Positions 1 through 12,754 of a stretch of DNA of 64,000 nucleotides are shown here, piece by piece. The stretch covers positions 69,210,207-69,274,206 of the forward strand of contig NC_068988.1 in assembly GCF_001194135.2 (NCBI RefSeq), in the 5' to 3' direction. Source of the stretch: Octopus bimaculoides. Taxonomy: Eukaryota. Positions within the stretch are counted from its first letter, which is position 1; each line of letters opens with the position of its first letter. The position numbers and the translations under genes were made by a program. The notes below the pieces were generated by a model that was not told where the DNA came from, ran no database searches, and saw nothing but the letters and a program-made list of their open reading frames with translations.

Positions 1-279
1 TTATGGATGCTACCAATCAATTTCTGTTGTTATATCATCAGCTTTACAGATGAAATTTAGAACATTTTATTAACCCTGTGATTTGTACATGGATCAATGG
101 AGTCAAGAAGCGATCCAAAAATGTAGTGATGGGTTGGTGAAAAACGATTTTTGTTGTACTTTGGTGGGGTTGGCAGAGAAGTACCCACTTTTTTGTCTTT
201 GTGCTTTCTATGGTACACAGAATATTGAAGCCAAATCAAAAATAATTCTATAGCATGGCAGTAATGAAGAACTTTAACA

Positions 280-460
280 TTTATCATCATAATTATTATC
301 ATCATCCTCTTCATCATCATCATCATCCTAATTATTATCATTTCCATAATTATCGTCATGACCATTATTATCATCAACATTATTGATACCATCATCATCA
401 TCATCATCATCATCATAATCACTGCCATAATGATGATCATTATCATCATTATCATCAATA
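280..460. repeat. Degenerate (ATC/ATT)n trinucleotide tract
   Basis: Visible catcatcat/attatc runs; these produce the spurious Met/Ile-rich ORFs 57-566 and 358-627. Confidence 0.9.
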
Positions 461-1869
461 TTAGAAACAGCAACAGTACTACTTTCACTATTAACCATCG
501 TTCATTTTTCAACCTTCTCCCCCATTGCCTCTTTAAAATGCATCCCTCATCAATCAGGCCACCCATATTTCATCTGCCTATAAATCCTGCTCTCCCACAT
601 GGTAAAACGCAGCAAGCAATCCCCTAAAATTATGTGTCATTAAAGATTTCTAAAACTGGTTTTATATGGCTTCAGATTTCATTATCTGTTTTGGAATTAT
701 CTGGGAAATTTCTTGGAGGAGATTAATTTAAAACAGCAAGAACAACAACAGCAACAAAGTTTTGCAATGCTTAATAACTAAATAAAAATGTTGCCGATTT
801 TAGAAGGATAGCTGGAAGAGTCCATTATATGTGGGAATTGAATGGCTTCTGATATCAGATTTACAAAATAACAAGGACCACAGTTGTTGTAATCAACTTT
901 GATGAAGTAAGCTTATAACCAAAGATACTCCATCCAACACCATTTTGTCTTTTCCTATATGTAGGGGACCCAGTATTACATTCTCTAGTGCCTCGTATTT
1001 TTAAGCGTGATTTATTGGAGATATGACTGCTATTTACACTAATATAGGAGTTAGAACTTGTGATTTGTCCATGGACATTTATCTTTGGAAGTTTTTGCCT
1101 GCCACACTAAAAAGTTTCCCCACCTCTGTTCTAACAGAACATCCATGGTTAAGTGGGGATATAAATTAACTCTCCATATTCTATAACTATATTCACAATA
1201 AAGATAAGAATTTGAGGTATTAGCAAAACTTGAAAGCAAAAGTATGCTGGAAAAATTATTCACATGTTATAGGTATTGAGTACTAATAAGTAAGAATCCA
1301 GAATAGGAGAGTAGGGGTAGAAATTGTCCTAAGGAAGACATGCAGTTCCTAAAAAAAATCAATACCTGATAGAATATTAGTAATGCGTGAGCTGCAAAAA
1401 CCTTTCAATGTCATTCATATCCCTATAAGCCATGAACACGAGCATAAGTTTGAAAACCTTTTTCGTTTGGTTCAGTATGTATACACAAAGTGAAGGGGAA
1501 ATATGGCACATCCTTTAGTACTTAGATTCATAAGTTTCCTTACCATTGGTTGAGATAACAACAGTTTCCCTAATATACACTGAGATTGAATTCATATTAA
1601 TGATACATAGTTTACAGAATTTTTTAAAATTTAAAAAAATAATTTTTTTATAAAATTGAGCCATGGGCTAAACTAAACTTTGTTGTGAGCCATATCTTTA
1701 ACAAACCTCACATATATATTACCTTCCAAGTATAAAAATCACATTTTATTCTCAGATAAGACAGTTATGAAAGATTTGGTAGCTATTTCCAGTACATCAA
1801 GTAACTGTTCAGAGTGGTAGTGGGAGGTAATGATAAAAAGTAACTGCATCAAAGAAAGTCTTAACATCA

Positions 1870-1970
1870 ACAGTAGCAGAGGTGGTGGTGGTGGTTTCGG
1901 TGGTGGTGGTAGTAGTAGTTGTAGTAGTAGTAGTAGGAGGAGGAGGAGGCAGAAGAGGAGCAGCAGCAGT
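1870..1970. repeat. Compound (GGT)/(AGT)/(AGG)/(AGC) trinucleotide tract
   Basis: Directly visible. Confidence 0.9.
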
Positions 1971-4099
1971 AAAACCTCATAGCAGATGTAAACGAAGTAG
2001 TTAAGTTACTTCTGTTGTTTAAAACTAAGGTGATACAATTAATTCTCTAATTTAATTCTCATACAATTTCCTGTTTAATCTCTAACTTAAAACCCAAGTA
2101 ACATTCTGGGATCAAATCTTAACACCAATCAACTAAGCATCCATTGAAGCATCATTTTAATTCAGAATTATTAACTATCTCAACCAATAGTCTCACAAAA
2201 TTACTTTCAACCTTTCAATTATAAGTGAAGATTCGTTAGATTTCTAATAAATATTCTCTTTATATTCAGTTTGAATATTCATCTAGCGGTCTCACACACT
2301 GCTGTTGGCATGATGGTAGTCCTACACAGCCTGAGCCAGAAAGCTCAAAGTTTCTGGCATCAAATACAATATATATTTTATGATCATCATTACTAGGTAT
2401 CATGTCTAATGTCAGCAGATTCAGTTGCATGGATCACCATCTTAGTCTTTCTTGTGCTGTCATTATACAGTCATAGTATTCTAACACTTTAACTGTAAAA
2501 TTAAATTTCATATTATTCCAGTAATGATTTTAAATATCTACTAAACAATATAACTGGCATTAGTCACTTCCCTCACCAAATTTGATATTTCTCAAGAAAA
2601 AAGTAGTTTTAAACATGACATTCCTCAACAAAAGATAGATTAGTAACTTCTTTCGATGGTTAATGACATTTTGAGTCAATACATCTGATTTCCACAGTAA
2701 AATTGTTAAGTGTTCAGTTCCTGGTATCATCTAACAATTATTTATAATTCTTGTTTTTTACCTCTTCTTCTCTTCCCCATTTTACCTTTGATAAACTGTC
2801 TCAGTAAAACTAATTTTCCTAATTCTAATTTTCTAATTTTGGGAACAGATTTGCTGGATTCAAATTTTAGTTTCAAATCCTATAAAAAAAACATACACAG
2901 AAGAGAAATGAATTTTAAAACAGTAATAACAATTACTGTAAAATAAAAAGAGAGAAAAGTCAAGAAGAACTGTGCCAGAAACAGAGAGAAGAGATGGAAG
3001 GGAAGAATGAGCAATGATGAAAGGAGAATAATTGCATAGCAATATATTTCGTTAGGCAAATCTTTAGGAGTGGTGAAACAGAGGTTTTCCTAATTCATCC
3101 ACAGCTTATCACTATATAATGTATTGGTTCCAGCATAGTCAAATGATGCAGCTGCATCCCAAATTATTGCCACTGTTTCTCTTATTTGCTTTTTGTTTGA
3201 TCTTTTGAATGGCTTTATAGACTGGTGAGAAAGAAGCAGGAGAAAAATTTTTAAGCTCTTATTGAAAACCAGTCTGAATTCTTGCAACAGAATGAGTTCT
3301 GCTACATGAAGCCAAAGATCAGAATGGCGTTTAAACCTAAATTTCACATTAAATCTACAACCCATATTTTGGTCTTTCGAAGTTGTAGTCTGTCACTAAA
3401 TATAGCAAAAATTGGAAATGGTATTTTGTTACAGACAAAATCACTCTTTGTTAATGAGAACATTAAAAACGAAATGTTAATTTTGTGATGGAAAGTTTTC
3501 AAAAAATATTTCCATTGAATTCTTTTTCTTTGAACTTTAGATTAAATTGCCTAAAAATATGGTATTTCATTTTAGTTATGAATAATCAGGTTGAATGAAA
3601 ATTGACATATTATTTGCAATGAATAGTTATTCTGTAGAAATAATAGGTAATATAATTGGTAATTTTTATATCTGGAAATTAAAAGTTTTGGGAAGAAAAA
3701 AATTGTTCTCTAATACTGTAGTACAGAACATATTATTTGTAGAGCTAGAGACATGTATAATTCATTGAGCATAGACTACATGTTATTTGGAGAATTTCAG
3801 ACATGTAAAATATGTCCTTTGTACACTAAATGTATGACATACTGTTAAAATTAATTACAAGATTGAATTTCAACACTGAATTAGATTTAAGATAGCTACA
3901 AAAAGGAGGTTTTTTTTTTTTGTTTTCTGAGGGGCTTTTTCTTTTTTTAATGGAAGTGTAAAGTTTCTCATTAACCATTCCACAAAGGGCATGGGAGCAA
4001 AACAAAATCAGATGGAGTATAAAATAGAATAAAAATTCAATTATTGTTTCTGGTTAACTTTGTTAGTTGATTGATTTTTCTGAAAGACTAGAATAATTG

Positions 4100-4330
4100 A
4101 ATGTTAGTTGATGTTTAACCCCAAGCGAACCGTAGGAAACTAAACCAATGATCAAAAGCATTCCAACCATTGCTACTGCATTGTTTTCGGTGTATGCATT
4201 ACACTACATTATGTAATAAGACTTTTTTCTTTATTTATAAGCTAGGAGAGATAATTAGCTACTACTTCTAACAGAGGACGTGACCTAGATGTAGACAGAT
4301 GACTCTAAAATGCTTAGTGAATAAGGCAAT
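4100..4330 (-). mobile_element. Degenerate SINE-like repeat, working family E (related copies ~9638-9975 and ~11228-11420)
   Basis: Shared segments such as ttgatgtttaacccca and ttggatgtaatttc/ttagctactacttc recur among the copies; similarity judged by eye. Confidence 0.5.
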
Positions 4331-4703
4331 TAAAAGGGATTACAGTGCTTGACAGCAATTTTCAGAAATATATATTTTTAATTCTTTTACTGCTTTTGGT
4401 CATTTATCAGATAATCAATTTATCAATCATTATATATCAAATAGTTAGGTCCTCCTTAGACATTATATTCAGTTTCACATATCCCTTGCTTTAAAGGGAT
4501 GTAAGATTGTTCCCTCATCAATTATAATACACATCACGTAATCAAGTGACCAACCAGGCTATCAGGTGTTGTTACACATCACTGACCATAATGTGATTTG
4601 CATTGTTTTAGGCATCAAATAATGCACCCCACTGGCTATGCAAGCAGGCTATCACATTCCCTTAATCAAAAGGGGACTGGAGCAATGTGAAATGAAGAAT
4701 TTT

Positions 4704-4792
4704 GCAAGTGTCTTCTACTATGGCCTTGGGCTAACCAAAGCTTGGTCAGTGGGTTTGGCTAATCAAAACTGAAAGAAGCCTAGTGTGTCTAT

Positions 4793-4853
<61 letters not shown>

Positions 4854-5060
4854 AGTCTGTGTTTGTCCCCCACTGCTTCTTGACAACCAGTCCTGGTGTG
4901 TTAACATCTCTGTAGCCTAATGGTTCTGCAAAAGCAACAGATAGAATAAGGACCAAGCTTAAAAATAAAATAAGTACTAGGGTTGATTCATTTGGCAAAC
5001 ATTTTTTCTAGGCGCTGCCCCAGTATCGCTGCAATCTGATGACAGAAACAGTAAAAAGAT
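4704..5060 (+). mobile_element. SINE family A, headless copy with internal (GT)n
   Basis: gcaagtgtcttctactatggcc...(GT)n...gtttgtcccc...gatagaataag...tgacagaaacagtaaaaag matches the full copies at 11694, 15366 and 62586. Confidence 0.85.
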
Positions 5061-5548
5061 ATATATATTTACTTCATTTTTGTATTTGGTTTGCAAGATT
5101 CTTTTTCTGAATTCATGTATTGGAACAAATTTTTTTGTGTTTTGGGAGTTCAATTACACTAATAATAATAAACACATGCACTGGTTCGATATCACTTCTT
5201 TATTGTTATTCAATCAGTTAAATATCTAACCAACTCACAAACTGCCTTAAGTAGCCATTGACTTTAGTGGTGTAACACTATTGGATAAAGCAATTTATGT
5301 ATTAAACAAATTCCTGGCAGCCGGTACGTATATAGCAATTTCTCGTAGGGACATCATATTTCGTTTTGCAGTTATAATATACTACCAAGTATATTAAAAG
5401 TTTACAAGTCAATGTTGTATCCTACATTTATTATGTTAGCAGAGCAATTAAATAATTTTTAAGCTATCTCTATAGATTTTCTATGGAACAATGAGATTGA
5501 AAATAAAAAAAATCAGTAATGGGTATCCCTACCAGCAATTTATATGTA

Positions 5549-5973
5549 CCGTAAATCCTCAAGTATAGTCCGCCCTTGAGTATAATACACAGGGGATTTT
5601 TAGAGGGCTGTACCTTTGAAAAACCTAAACCTTGTGTATAATATGCACCCCTTCTCTAACTTGAGTCAACGAGGTCTATATAACGTCCTTGGTTTGTAAA
5701 TGTATATACGGTAATGTCCTTTATTATCATTGTATACATAACATAATGCAAACGTGTAGCTACTTTATGCACTTTGTTTGCAGAAAATAAAGAAATAACA
5801 GTAATAACGTCAGTGATAAATAAATATTAAGTAAATTGCCTTTACATATTTATCACTTAGAAAATTTTGCTTAGAAAATATTTTTCATTTTTAACCTCGT
5901 ATATAGTACGCCCTAGAAATTTTGACCTTTAAATTTTGGGAAAAAAGTTTGGATTATACTCAAGGATTTACGG
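5549..5973. mobile_element. Tc1/mariner-superfamily (pogo/Tc2-like) MITE, 425 bp
   Basis: 23-bp TIRs ccgtaaatcctcaagtatagtcc / ggattatactcaaggatttacgg (3 mismatches); TA on both sides (5547-48, 5974-75). Confidence 0.9.
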
Positions 5974-6085
5974 TATTTACCAGATTCCAGGAATGCATTG
6001 TATATATAAACTGATCTATCTAAATCTGTTATGCTGCTAAACTCAGTGGCTGTTCAAGCACTGTTTTTGTATACAGTTAATGGTT

Positions 6086-6139
6086 TGGGTGTGTTGCTGA
6101 AGAAGGAGCAATAATTCCTGAAATATGCATATACACCCA
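6086..6139 (+). ncRNA. Minimal type I hammerhead-ribozyme-like motif (imperfect stem I)
   Basis: CTGAAGA (6097-6103), stem II agga/tcct, GAAA (6120-23), palindromic stem III ATATGCATAT, site AUA, stem I partner caccca/tgggtg offset by 5 nt. Confidence 0.6.
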
Positions 6140-6399
6140 TTACTTATTTGCATTGTTTACATAGACATATTCATATACAAAATCTTGTAACTTTCAGTGC
6201 TAGCTCTAAATTTTATGGTAAATCTGTAGAGATAACTTAAAAGTGGTATACATGTGTGTGTAGGGGGTGCATACATGTGTGTATGTGTGTGTGTGTATGT
6301 GTGTGTGCATGTGTGTCTTTGCATGTGTGTGAGCACGTGCATATTTATATCTCCTTGTGATTTTTGTAATTGCATGTCATTCATTTGTAGTATCCTGTG

Positions 6400-6705
6400 G
6401 AAACATATCTGGTTATGGGGAAATAGAACCTTGTTTGGTAAAAATAGGATTGGTGACAGGAATGGCATCTTGGTATGGAAAATCTGCCTCAATATATTTT
6501 GTCCAATTCATAAAAGCATGGAAGAATGGATGCTAAAATGATGATATTTACATGAAGGTAGATATCAGTTCACAATCTTCTGCTATTTATCATAGTTTTA
6601 TAAGCCATCACGTCTCCTATATGCTGATGATCTACTTGTAGCTGAATCTAAATTCCTAACATGAAAGCTAAACATGGAACTGACTGGGCTTAAGGTAGAC
6701 TTTGT
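6400..6705 (+). mobile_element. RTE-clade LINE RT fragment (degenerate)
   Basis: Translates to ...LLFIIVL*AIT...LLYADDLLVAES-KF.TWKLNMELTGLKV, matching the other RTE copies. Confidence 0.75.
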
Positions 6706-6739
6706 ATGTGGCATCACACCATGGATTTGCAAGCCTTTT

Positions 6740-7000
6740 TGTAAGCTACAGTGAAGAACAAAGCTTTGCTCAATTCATGGGACCCATCCCAAAGTTGAAT
6801 GGCTGTTATATGGATAGCTGTGTCAATGCTATCGCCTTCACTAGACAACAGTTCAACAGGTTAATCTCTTTTCTTAACTCTTTCCATTCAAGCTTACCTT
6901 ATCTATATCCAAACACTTCCATTAGTTTTCTCAACATCTATGTTGCTATCAACAATATCCACCTATCAACCTCTGTCCACAATAATTTTACTGTCTCACA
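6740..7000 (-). mobile_element. Very degenerate LINE RT N-terminal fragment (probably RTE)
   Basis: The minus frame MERVKKRD*...GDSIDTAIHITAIQLWDGSHELGKALFFTVAYKKACKSMV loosely resembles GRSTxDAI...QLxEK...LxxxFxDxEKAFDxV. Confidence 0.4.
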
Positions 7001-8346
7001 TTTGTATCTTCATTATTTTTCCTCTCACTCCAAGCCAACTAAATCTGTCATACCATTCTCTCTATTCTTTTGGTTTCACTGACTCAGCAGTATTGATTCT
7101 GATTTTCATTTTGACTGTGAAAAAACGCAACATTTCTTCTTGAATCGAGTGTTCCTCTATTAGTTGTGGATCCTAAACATCACCAGGCAATCAGCCACAC
7201 CACCACTCTCTTACTCTTTTTACACACAACTACAGATCAGATTCCACCATCTTTCACCTTTCACCCATCCATTCTGCCATTGAAACACAAACTAATTTGC
7301 AACTTCCAAATCCTACCTCACAAGGGTTCTCTCTCCATACCTTCAGACATAATAGGCCTCTCAGCAACCCCTTTGTTAGGAGCTCCATAGCCTCTAGTCA
7401 TACACAACCAAGCACTTTTAAATACACTCATCAATGTTGCAACATTAAAATCATTATAATCATGCAACATTAAAATCATTATAACCATCATCAGGCTTAA
7501 GTCACAGTAACACATTATCCTAAATTTTAGTTGTGCATCTTACAAGCTTATATTTTGCATTTTCAAAGTTCATATACTGCATCATCTGCAAATTTATGCA
7601 TTTTACATTGAGAAAACAGGCTGTCACCTTGCCAATTACTTTTGGGAGCACACTTGAATCACATTATTATATACACCAGGCAAACTTGTTACCGCTCACA
7701 TCAACACAACAGACCTTTCTATTATCAATGTGCAGTGTCTCTGCTCATCAGGGATCTACATACTTAAGGAAATGGCATGAACAGTGTTGCTTACTGAAAC
7801 TTGGAATCATGTCACAAACAATTTTAAATTAATGTTTTTCCTTCTTCTCTTACACCTCCACCGAGTTCAGAATCCCATTCTTATCCTATAGCTCTGTTTT
7901 CACTTCAGTTTTTCCCTCCACTCATCTACTTCTCTTTTTGTTATCATTTCTCTTTCCTTCTCTCTATCTCACCCAGATTTTTCTCTCCTACTATTTCTTG
8001 TCAGCAGATGAAGCTCACATCTTGCATTCCTCATCAGCTACAGCCAGTTTTTCAAACAGAAATAATGTAAATACTCTGCTGTCTGTATTCTATTCCCCTT
8101 CAGTTATATTTATCTTGAAGAAGGACTCCATCTAAAATGTTAGGTACTCCACTCAGCATAGCTATCGCACTTTGCTTTTTCTGTCACATTTTTTATGCAA
8201 ATAATACAAGCCCTATTGTCACTGACCATCAATATACTCCTTAGATTTTGTTTCTCCCTCTCTCTCTCTTTCTCTTTGTATATATGTATATATATCAGTG
8301 TTTTCGTAATCAATTTGAAATAACTGATATATATACATATATACAA

Positions 8347-8765
8347 AGAATTTTTAACACTAACGTAAATGCGGTGTTATTGTATGGGGCTGAGACATGG
8401 TGAACAACAGTTAAGTCAAATAAGCAAATAGAATCATTCATCAACAGGTGCTTGCATGGTATACTTAAAATCAGATGGCCCGAACTCATAAGCAATATGG
8501 AGCTATGGCAAAGAACAAATCAAGTTTTGATTAGGGAGCAAATATTTAAGAAAAAGTGGAAGTGGATTGGAAGCATAATTAGAAAGGACACACCAAATGT
8601 AGCGAAAAGTGCTTTACGGTAGAATCCGGATGGATATAGAAAGAGGAGTAGCCCTAAGAACTCGTGGCGTAGATCAACACAAAAGGAACTAGAGAAAGGG
8701 GGATATTCATGGCAGAGAATAAGTACACTTCTATAAACAACTGTTTTACAAATCATACAAGTATT
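8347..8765 (+). mobile_element. RTE-clade LINE 3' fragment (second family)
   Basis: RIFNTNVNAVLLYGAETW*...FINRCLHGILKIRWPELISNMELWQRT...KWKWIGSIIRK...NPDGYRKRSSPKNSWRR. Confidence 0.9.
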
Positions 8766-8769
8766 AAGT

Positions 8770-9000
8770 CAACGAACTGACAGAATCATTAGTATAAGAA
8801 TTCTGCCGGCTCGCTGGACAAAATGCTTAGCAACATTTCATCTGTCCTTATGTGCTGAGTTCAAATTCTGCTGAGGATGACTCTGCCTGTCATTCTTTCA
8901 GGGTCAATGAAATAAGTACCAGTAAAGCAATGGGGTCGATGTAATCAACTTACCCCTTTACCCGAACTTGCCAGACTTGTGACAAAATTTGAAACCAATA
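8770..9000 (+). mobile_element. SINE family C
   Basis: gaactgacagaatcattag...gagttcaaattctgctgagg (B-box-like)...aataagtaccag...gaaaccaata; same family as 11907-12134 and 40367-40585. Confidence 0.85.
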
Positions 9001-9393
9001 CTGGCTTCCGTGCTGGTGGCACGTAAATAGCACCATTTGAGCCTGATCATTACCAACGTCGCCTTCCTAGCACTTGTGCCAGTGGCACGTGAAAAGACAT
9101 TCGAGCGAGATCGTTGCCAGTGCCGCTGGACTGGCTCCTGTGCAGGTGGCATGTTAAATACACCATTTCGAGCATAGCCGTTGCCAGTACTGCCTGACTG
9201 GCCTTCGTGCCAGTGGCACGTAAAAGCACCCACTACACTCTCGGAGTGGTTGGCGTTAGGAAGGGCATCCAGCTGTAAAAACTCTGCCAAATCAGATTGG
9301 AGCCTGGTTCACCAGTCCTCAGTCAAATCATCCAACCCATGCTAGCATGGAAAGCAGACGTTAAATGATGATGATGATGATGATGATGATGAT
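9001..9393 (+). mobile_element. Non-autonomous RTE-related repeat family D, with four internal ~65-bp units and a (GAT)n tail
   Basis: Repeated gtggcacgtaaaagcacc-like units, then gttggcgttaggaagggcatccagc, the 3' end ccaacccatgctagcatggaaagcagacgttaaa, and (GAT)n. Confidence 0.85.
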
Positions 9394-11693
9394 ATGCAAA
9401 TATGTACTGAGATCCTAGAAATACCTTATGCTTAGGTACAATGTTTCTTTTGTACTTATCTCTTACACTGTGTAACTTACTCTTTTGGATAAGGTTGTTA
9501 TAAATGTGGTAGGGTTACTAAATGGGAGAATGAGATATGTATGAATAATACTAAAGCAGTTTTGCTCAAGAGTTGATGAGTCTTTATCAATCTGCTAAAG
9601 ATTTCATGGTATGCATGTTAGATCATTTGTGTGTGTGTCATTGTTGATGTTTAACCCCAGGCAGACTGTCTTAGCAGCATTGTAGGCCCCCTCAGGCAAA
9701 TCAATATACTGGGCCCTATAGTATTTATTTATTGGCAGCAAGGCAAATCATATGTAGATCAGAAATGAGTCCCTAACTGCCCAGTGTGCCCATGCCTTTA
9801 GATAGCACTGGACTCAGGTCAACCCAGATTGAGCACACTTAAGATAAAAAGTGTTCCATCCCAGTATTGCTTTCAGACATCATATATTTAGTACTACGTT
9901 GTCTGAATGTAGTCTCATGTATCATGAATTTAGAGATGGTTGGGTGTTATTTACAGCATAACAAGTATAAATATTTAGTGTTGGCTTCTCTGCATGCATG
10001 TGTGTGTGGGTGTGTGTGTGTGAGAGAGAGAGTGTGAGTGTATGTACTTATGTGTATGCATGTAACAACCCTATACAAAATATATAAATGGTATCCCTAA
10101 AGTAAAAGTGTGAATATGGACCTTTTATATTTGTGGGGATGTAATTTGCTAGAAGCAAGTAGAATAATAACAACTAAATAAAAAATAACAAAAGGAAAAC
10201 AATAAAGAAGAAAGTGTGAGGGGAAGGACTATGTAAGATTTGTATAGCTACATTGTGTAGCTATATTATACAAATGTCAGTCACATCCTGGATGCTAATC
10301 ACACCTCACCTTTGTAGATGGTCTACAGTTAATCAGACTGTATGTACTTCTGAAAAGAAAAGATTAGTTCCTATACATGCTGTTTTGGCAACATCAAAGA
10401 TATATTATCACAATGGAATAGAGTGAGGTCTAGTGTATGATGGTTTAGTAGTAAGCTTTACACTTATCATTGATTTCTGTAGTGACCATGTACTTGTGAT
10501 GTTGAAAAAGAGTTTATTGTCATGTGTCTATAGACTTACACTGTTTTCTTTGCTAACCACAAACTTTTCATAAAACTGACATGAATATTTAATTTTATGA
10601 AGACAATTAATGTTCTAATTCTTGTCTAACATGAAGTACTAAAATAAATTTACTAAAAATGTAATTTGAAAGTTTCAATACAGCTGGCTTATAGCTAACT
10701 TATTGAATAAACAATAAATTCAGTTTGTGGATAGGAAAATTAAGAGTGGAAAATTTTCAAATACAAATTCAAAATTTGCAATAAAACAAGATAGTTATTT
10801 AAATGCTTTGTACTTCAAATAAAATGAATTAAGCGCAATTTAGTTTGTTATTCCTTATTTATTTATTTTTTTGTCAATGTTATATACACCAATAATGCGT
10901 AGACCTCAGACTTTGTGATTGTTGTATACAGAAATAAGCTGTATAGCTTAGATGTGGACCACACAAAGAGCGGACAGTGCTGCTTTTTACTATTATCATA
11001 GCATGAATAATGGTTTCAAATTTTGGCACAAGGTCAATCAAAGTTTGAATAATGGTTCATCATTGATATTTGCTTTTCTTTGGAAAATACTGTGTGGGTC
11101 ACAAGTAAGATTGTGTGGGTTTACAGACAGTATAAAAACTACTTGTAGGCCATAGCAGTAATTCAGTTGGTACATCACTGTTAAACAACAGAATAACAGC
11201 TCAAATATCTAAAGAGACATTAGTAACTATTGATGTTTTTCAGCTTGAGTTTGCCTCAAACTGGACAGACTTATTATTGAGAGCATTCTAGTCATGACCC
11301 TTCCAACTCTATATAAGAAAACTTATTCTTCCATTAACAAAAAAGAAAAAGAAAACGGTGGTAGGGTGTGATCTGAAGGAGATTTGGATGTAATTTCCAA
11401 CTGGTTGAGCAACAACTTAAGAGTCAACACTATCTTCACAGTAGGTCAATGTAAGCTATTTCTGGAAATGAAATAAATCAATTATAACACACACACACAC
11501 ACACACACATATTTATTTGAGTTTTTTGCAAAGTTGTGGATAAGGATTCAAATTCTTGTAACAGATCTTCCTGCACATAGTAGTGATTATTTGTATTGTT
11601 GTTATTTTTGTCCATCTGTTAATAAAGATGGAGGTGGTGGTGGTGCTGGTATGGCTAGTGGGTGGAGGTAGTATTGTTATTGTTGTTGTTGTT

Positions 11694-11856
11694 GGCAGGA
11701 GTGACTGTGTGGTAAGTAGCTTGCTTACCAACCACATGGTTCCGGGTTCAGTCCCACTGCATGACACCTTGGGCAACCGTCTTCTACTATAGCCTTAGGC
11801 CAACCAAAGCATTGTGAGTGGATTTGGTAGACGGAAACTGAAACAAGCCCATCGTA

Positions 11857-11908
<52 letters not shown>

Positions 11909-12370
11909 ATTTCTTTACTACCCACAAGGGGCTATACACAGAGGGGACAAACAAGTACAGACAAACGGATTAGTCGATTATATCGACCCCAGTGCATAAC
12001 TGGTACTTATTTAATCGACCCCGAAAGGATGAAAGGCAAAGTGGACCTCGGCGGAATTTGAACTCAGAATGTAGCGGCAAACGAAATACCGCTAAGCATT
12101 TCGTCCTGCGTGCTAACGTTTCTGCCAGCTTGCCACATATATATATATGTGTGTGTGTGTATTCGTGTTTATGTCCCCCTAACATCGCTTGACAACCGAT
12201 GCTGGTGTGTTTATGTCCCCATAACTTAGCGGTTTGGCATAAAAGACCGATAGAATAAGTACTAGGCTTACAAAGAATAAGTCCTAGGGTCGATTTGCTC
12301 GACTAAAGGCGGTGCTCCAGCATGGCCACAGTCAAATGACTGAAACAAGTAAAAGTAAAAAGTAAAAGTA
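11694..12370 (+). mobile_element. SINE family A, full length, interrupted by a family C insertion
   Basis: tRNA-like head (gtgactgtgtggtaag ... ggttcagtccc), ccttgggcaa core, (TA)n, tail cagtcaaatgactgaaacaag(taaaag)n. Confidence 0.92.
11907..12134 (-). mobile_element. SINE family C nested in the (TA)n of SINE A
   Basis: The reverse complement reads ggcaagctggcagaaacgttagcacg...gagttcaaattccgccgagg...; flanked by TA/TG repeats of the host SINE. Confidence 0.9.
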
Positions 12371-12717
12371 CTGCTGTGTATGTGTGTGTGTGTGGGGGGG
12401 GAGTCATTGTTGTTGCTGGTGGTGACGCTGCTGTTAACGATTGTTGCAGATATTAGTATTTCTAGTGGTGGTGAGGGTGGTGGTAGTGCTGTTGTAGTTG
12501 TATTATTGTTGTTCTTGTTGCAGTTGTAGGTAGCCATGTCAATAGATTTCAACTGATCATGTCTGCTACCCTAATTAATCATTGTCTTCATTCAGTTTAT
12601 TGATCTGTTATTTATATCAACTGATTTCAGTTTGGTAAAGTTTGGAAGCAAGTTTACCTGTGGGAAAGAGAAGTCTGAAGGAAATAAGGTAGGAGGTAAA
12701 TAATTCCCTTATTGATA

Positions 12718-12754
<37 letters not shown>

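Noticed and set aside
57-627. Long ORFs rich in M/I, and the many HT/CV/YI/X-rich ORFs throughout the track
   Set aside because: They are translations of microsatellites or N-gaps with no domain motifs.
859-1026. Possible mini-exons: donor GAA|GTAAGC at 907, 58-nt intron, acceptor at 964 (IYKITRTTVVVINFDE|GTQYYIL*, faintly FN3-like)
   Set aside because: All downstream frames stop within about 20 codons, the intron is very short, and no partner exons are evident; needs RNA-seq.
3090-3488. Overlapping 91-aa and 68-aa ORFs with ordinary composition
   Set aside because: No recognisable family, no convincing splice sites, and stops in neighbouring frames.
10487-10585. C/D snoRNA-like layout (GTGATGT ... 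CTGA with catg ends)
   Set aside because: The C box is mismatched, the stem is only 4 bp and no guide target is recognised; expected by chance.
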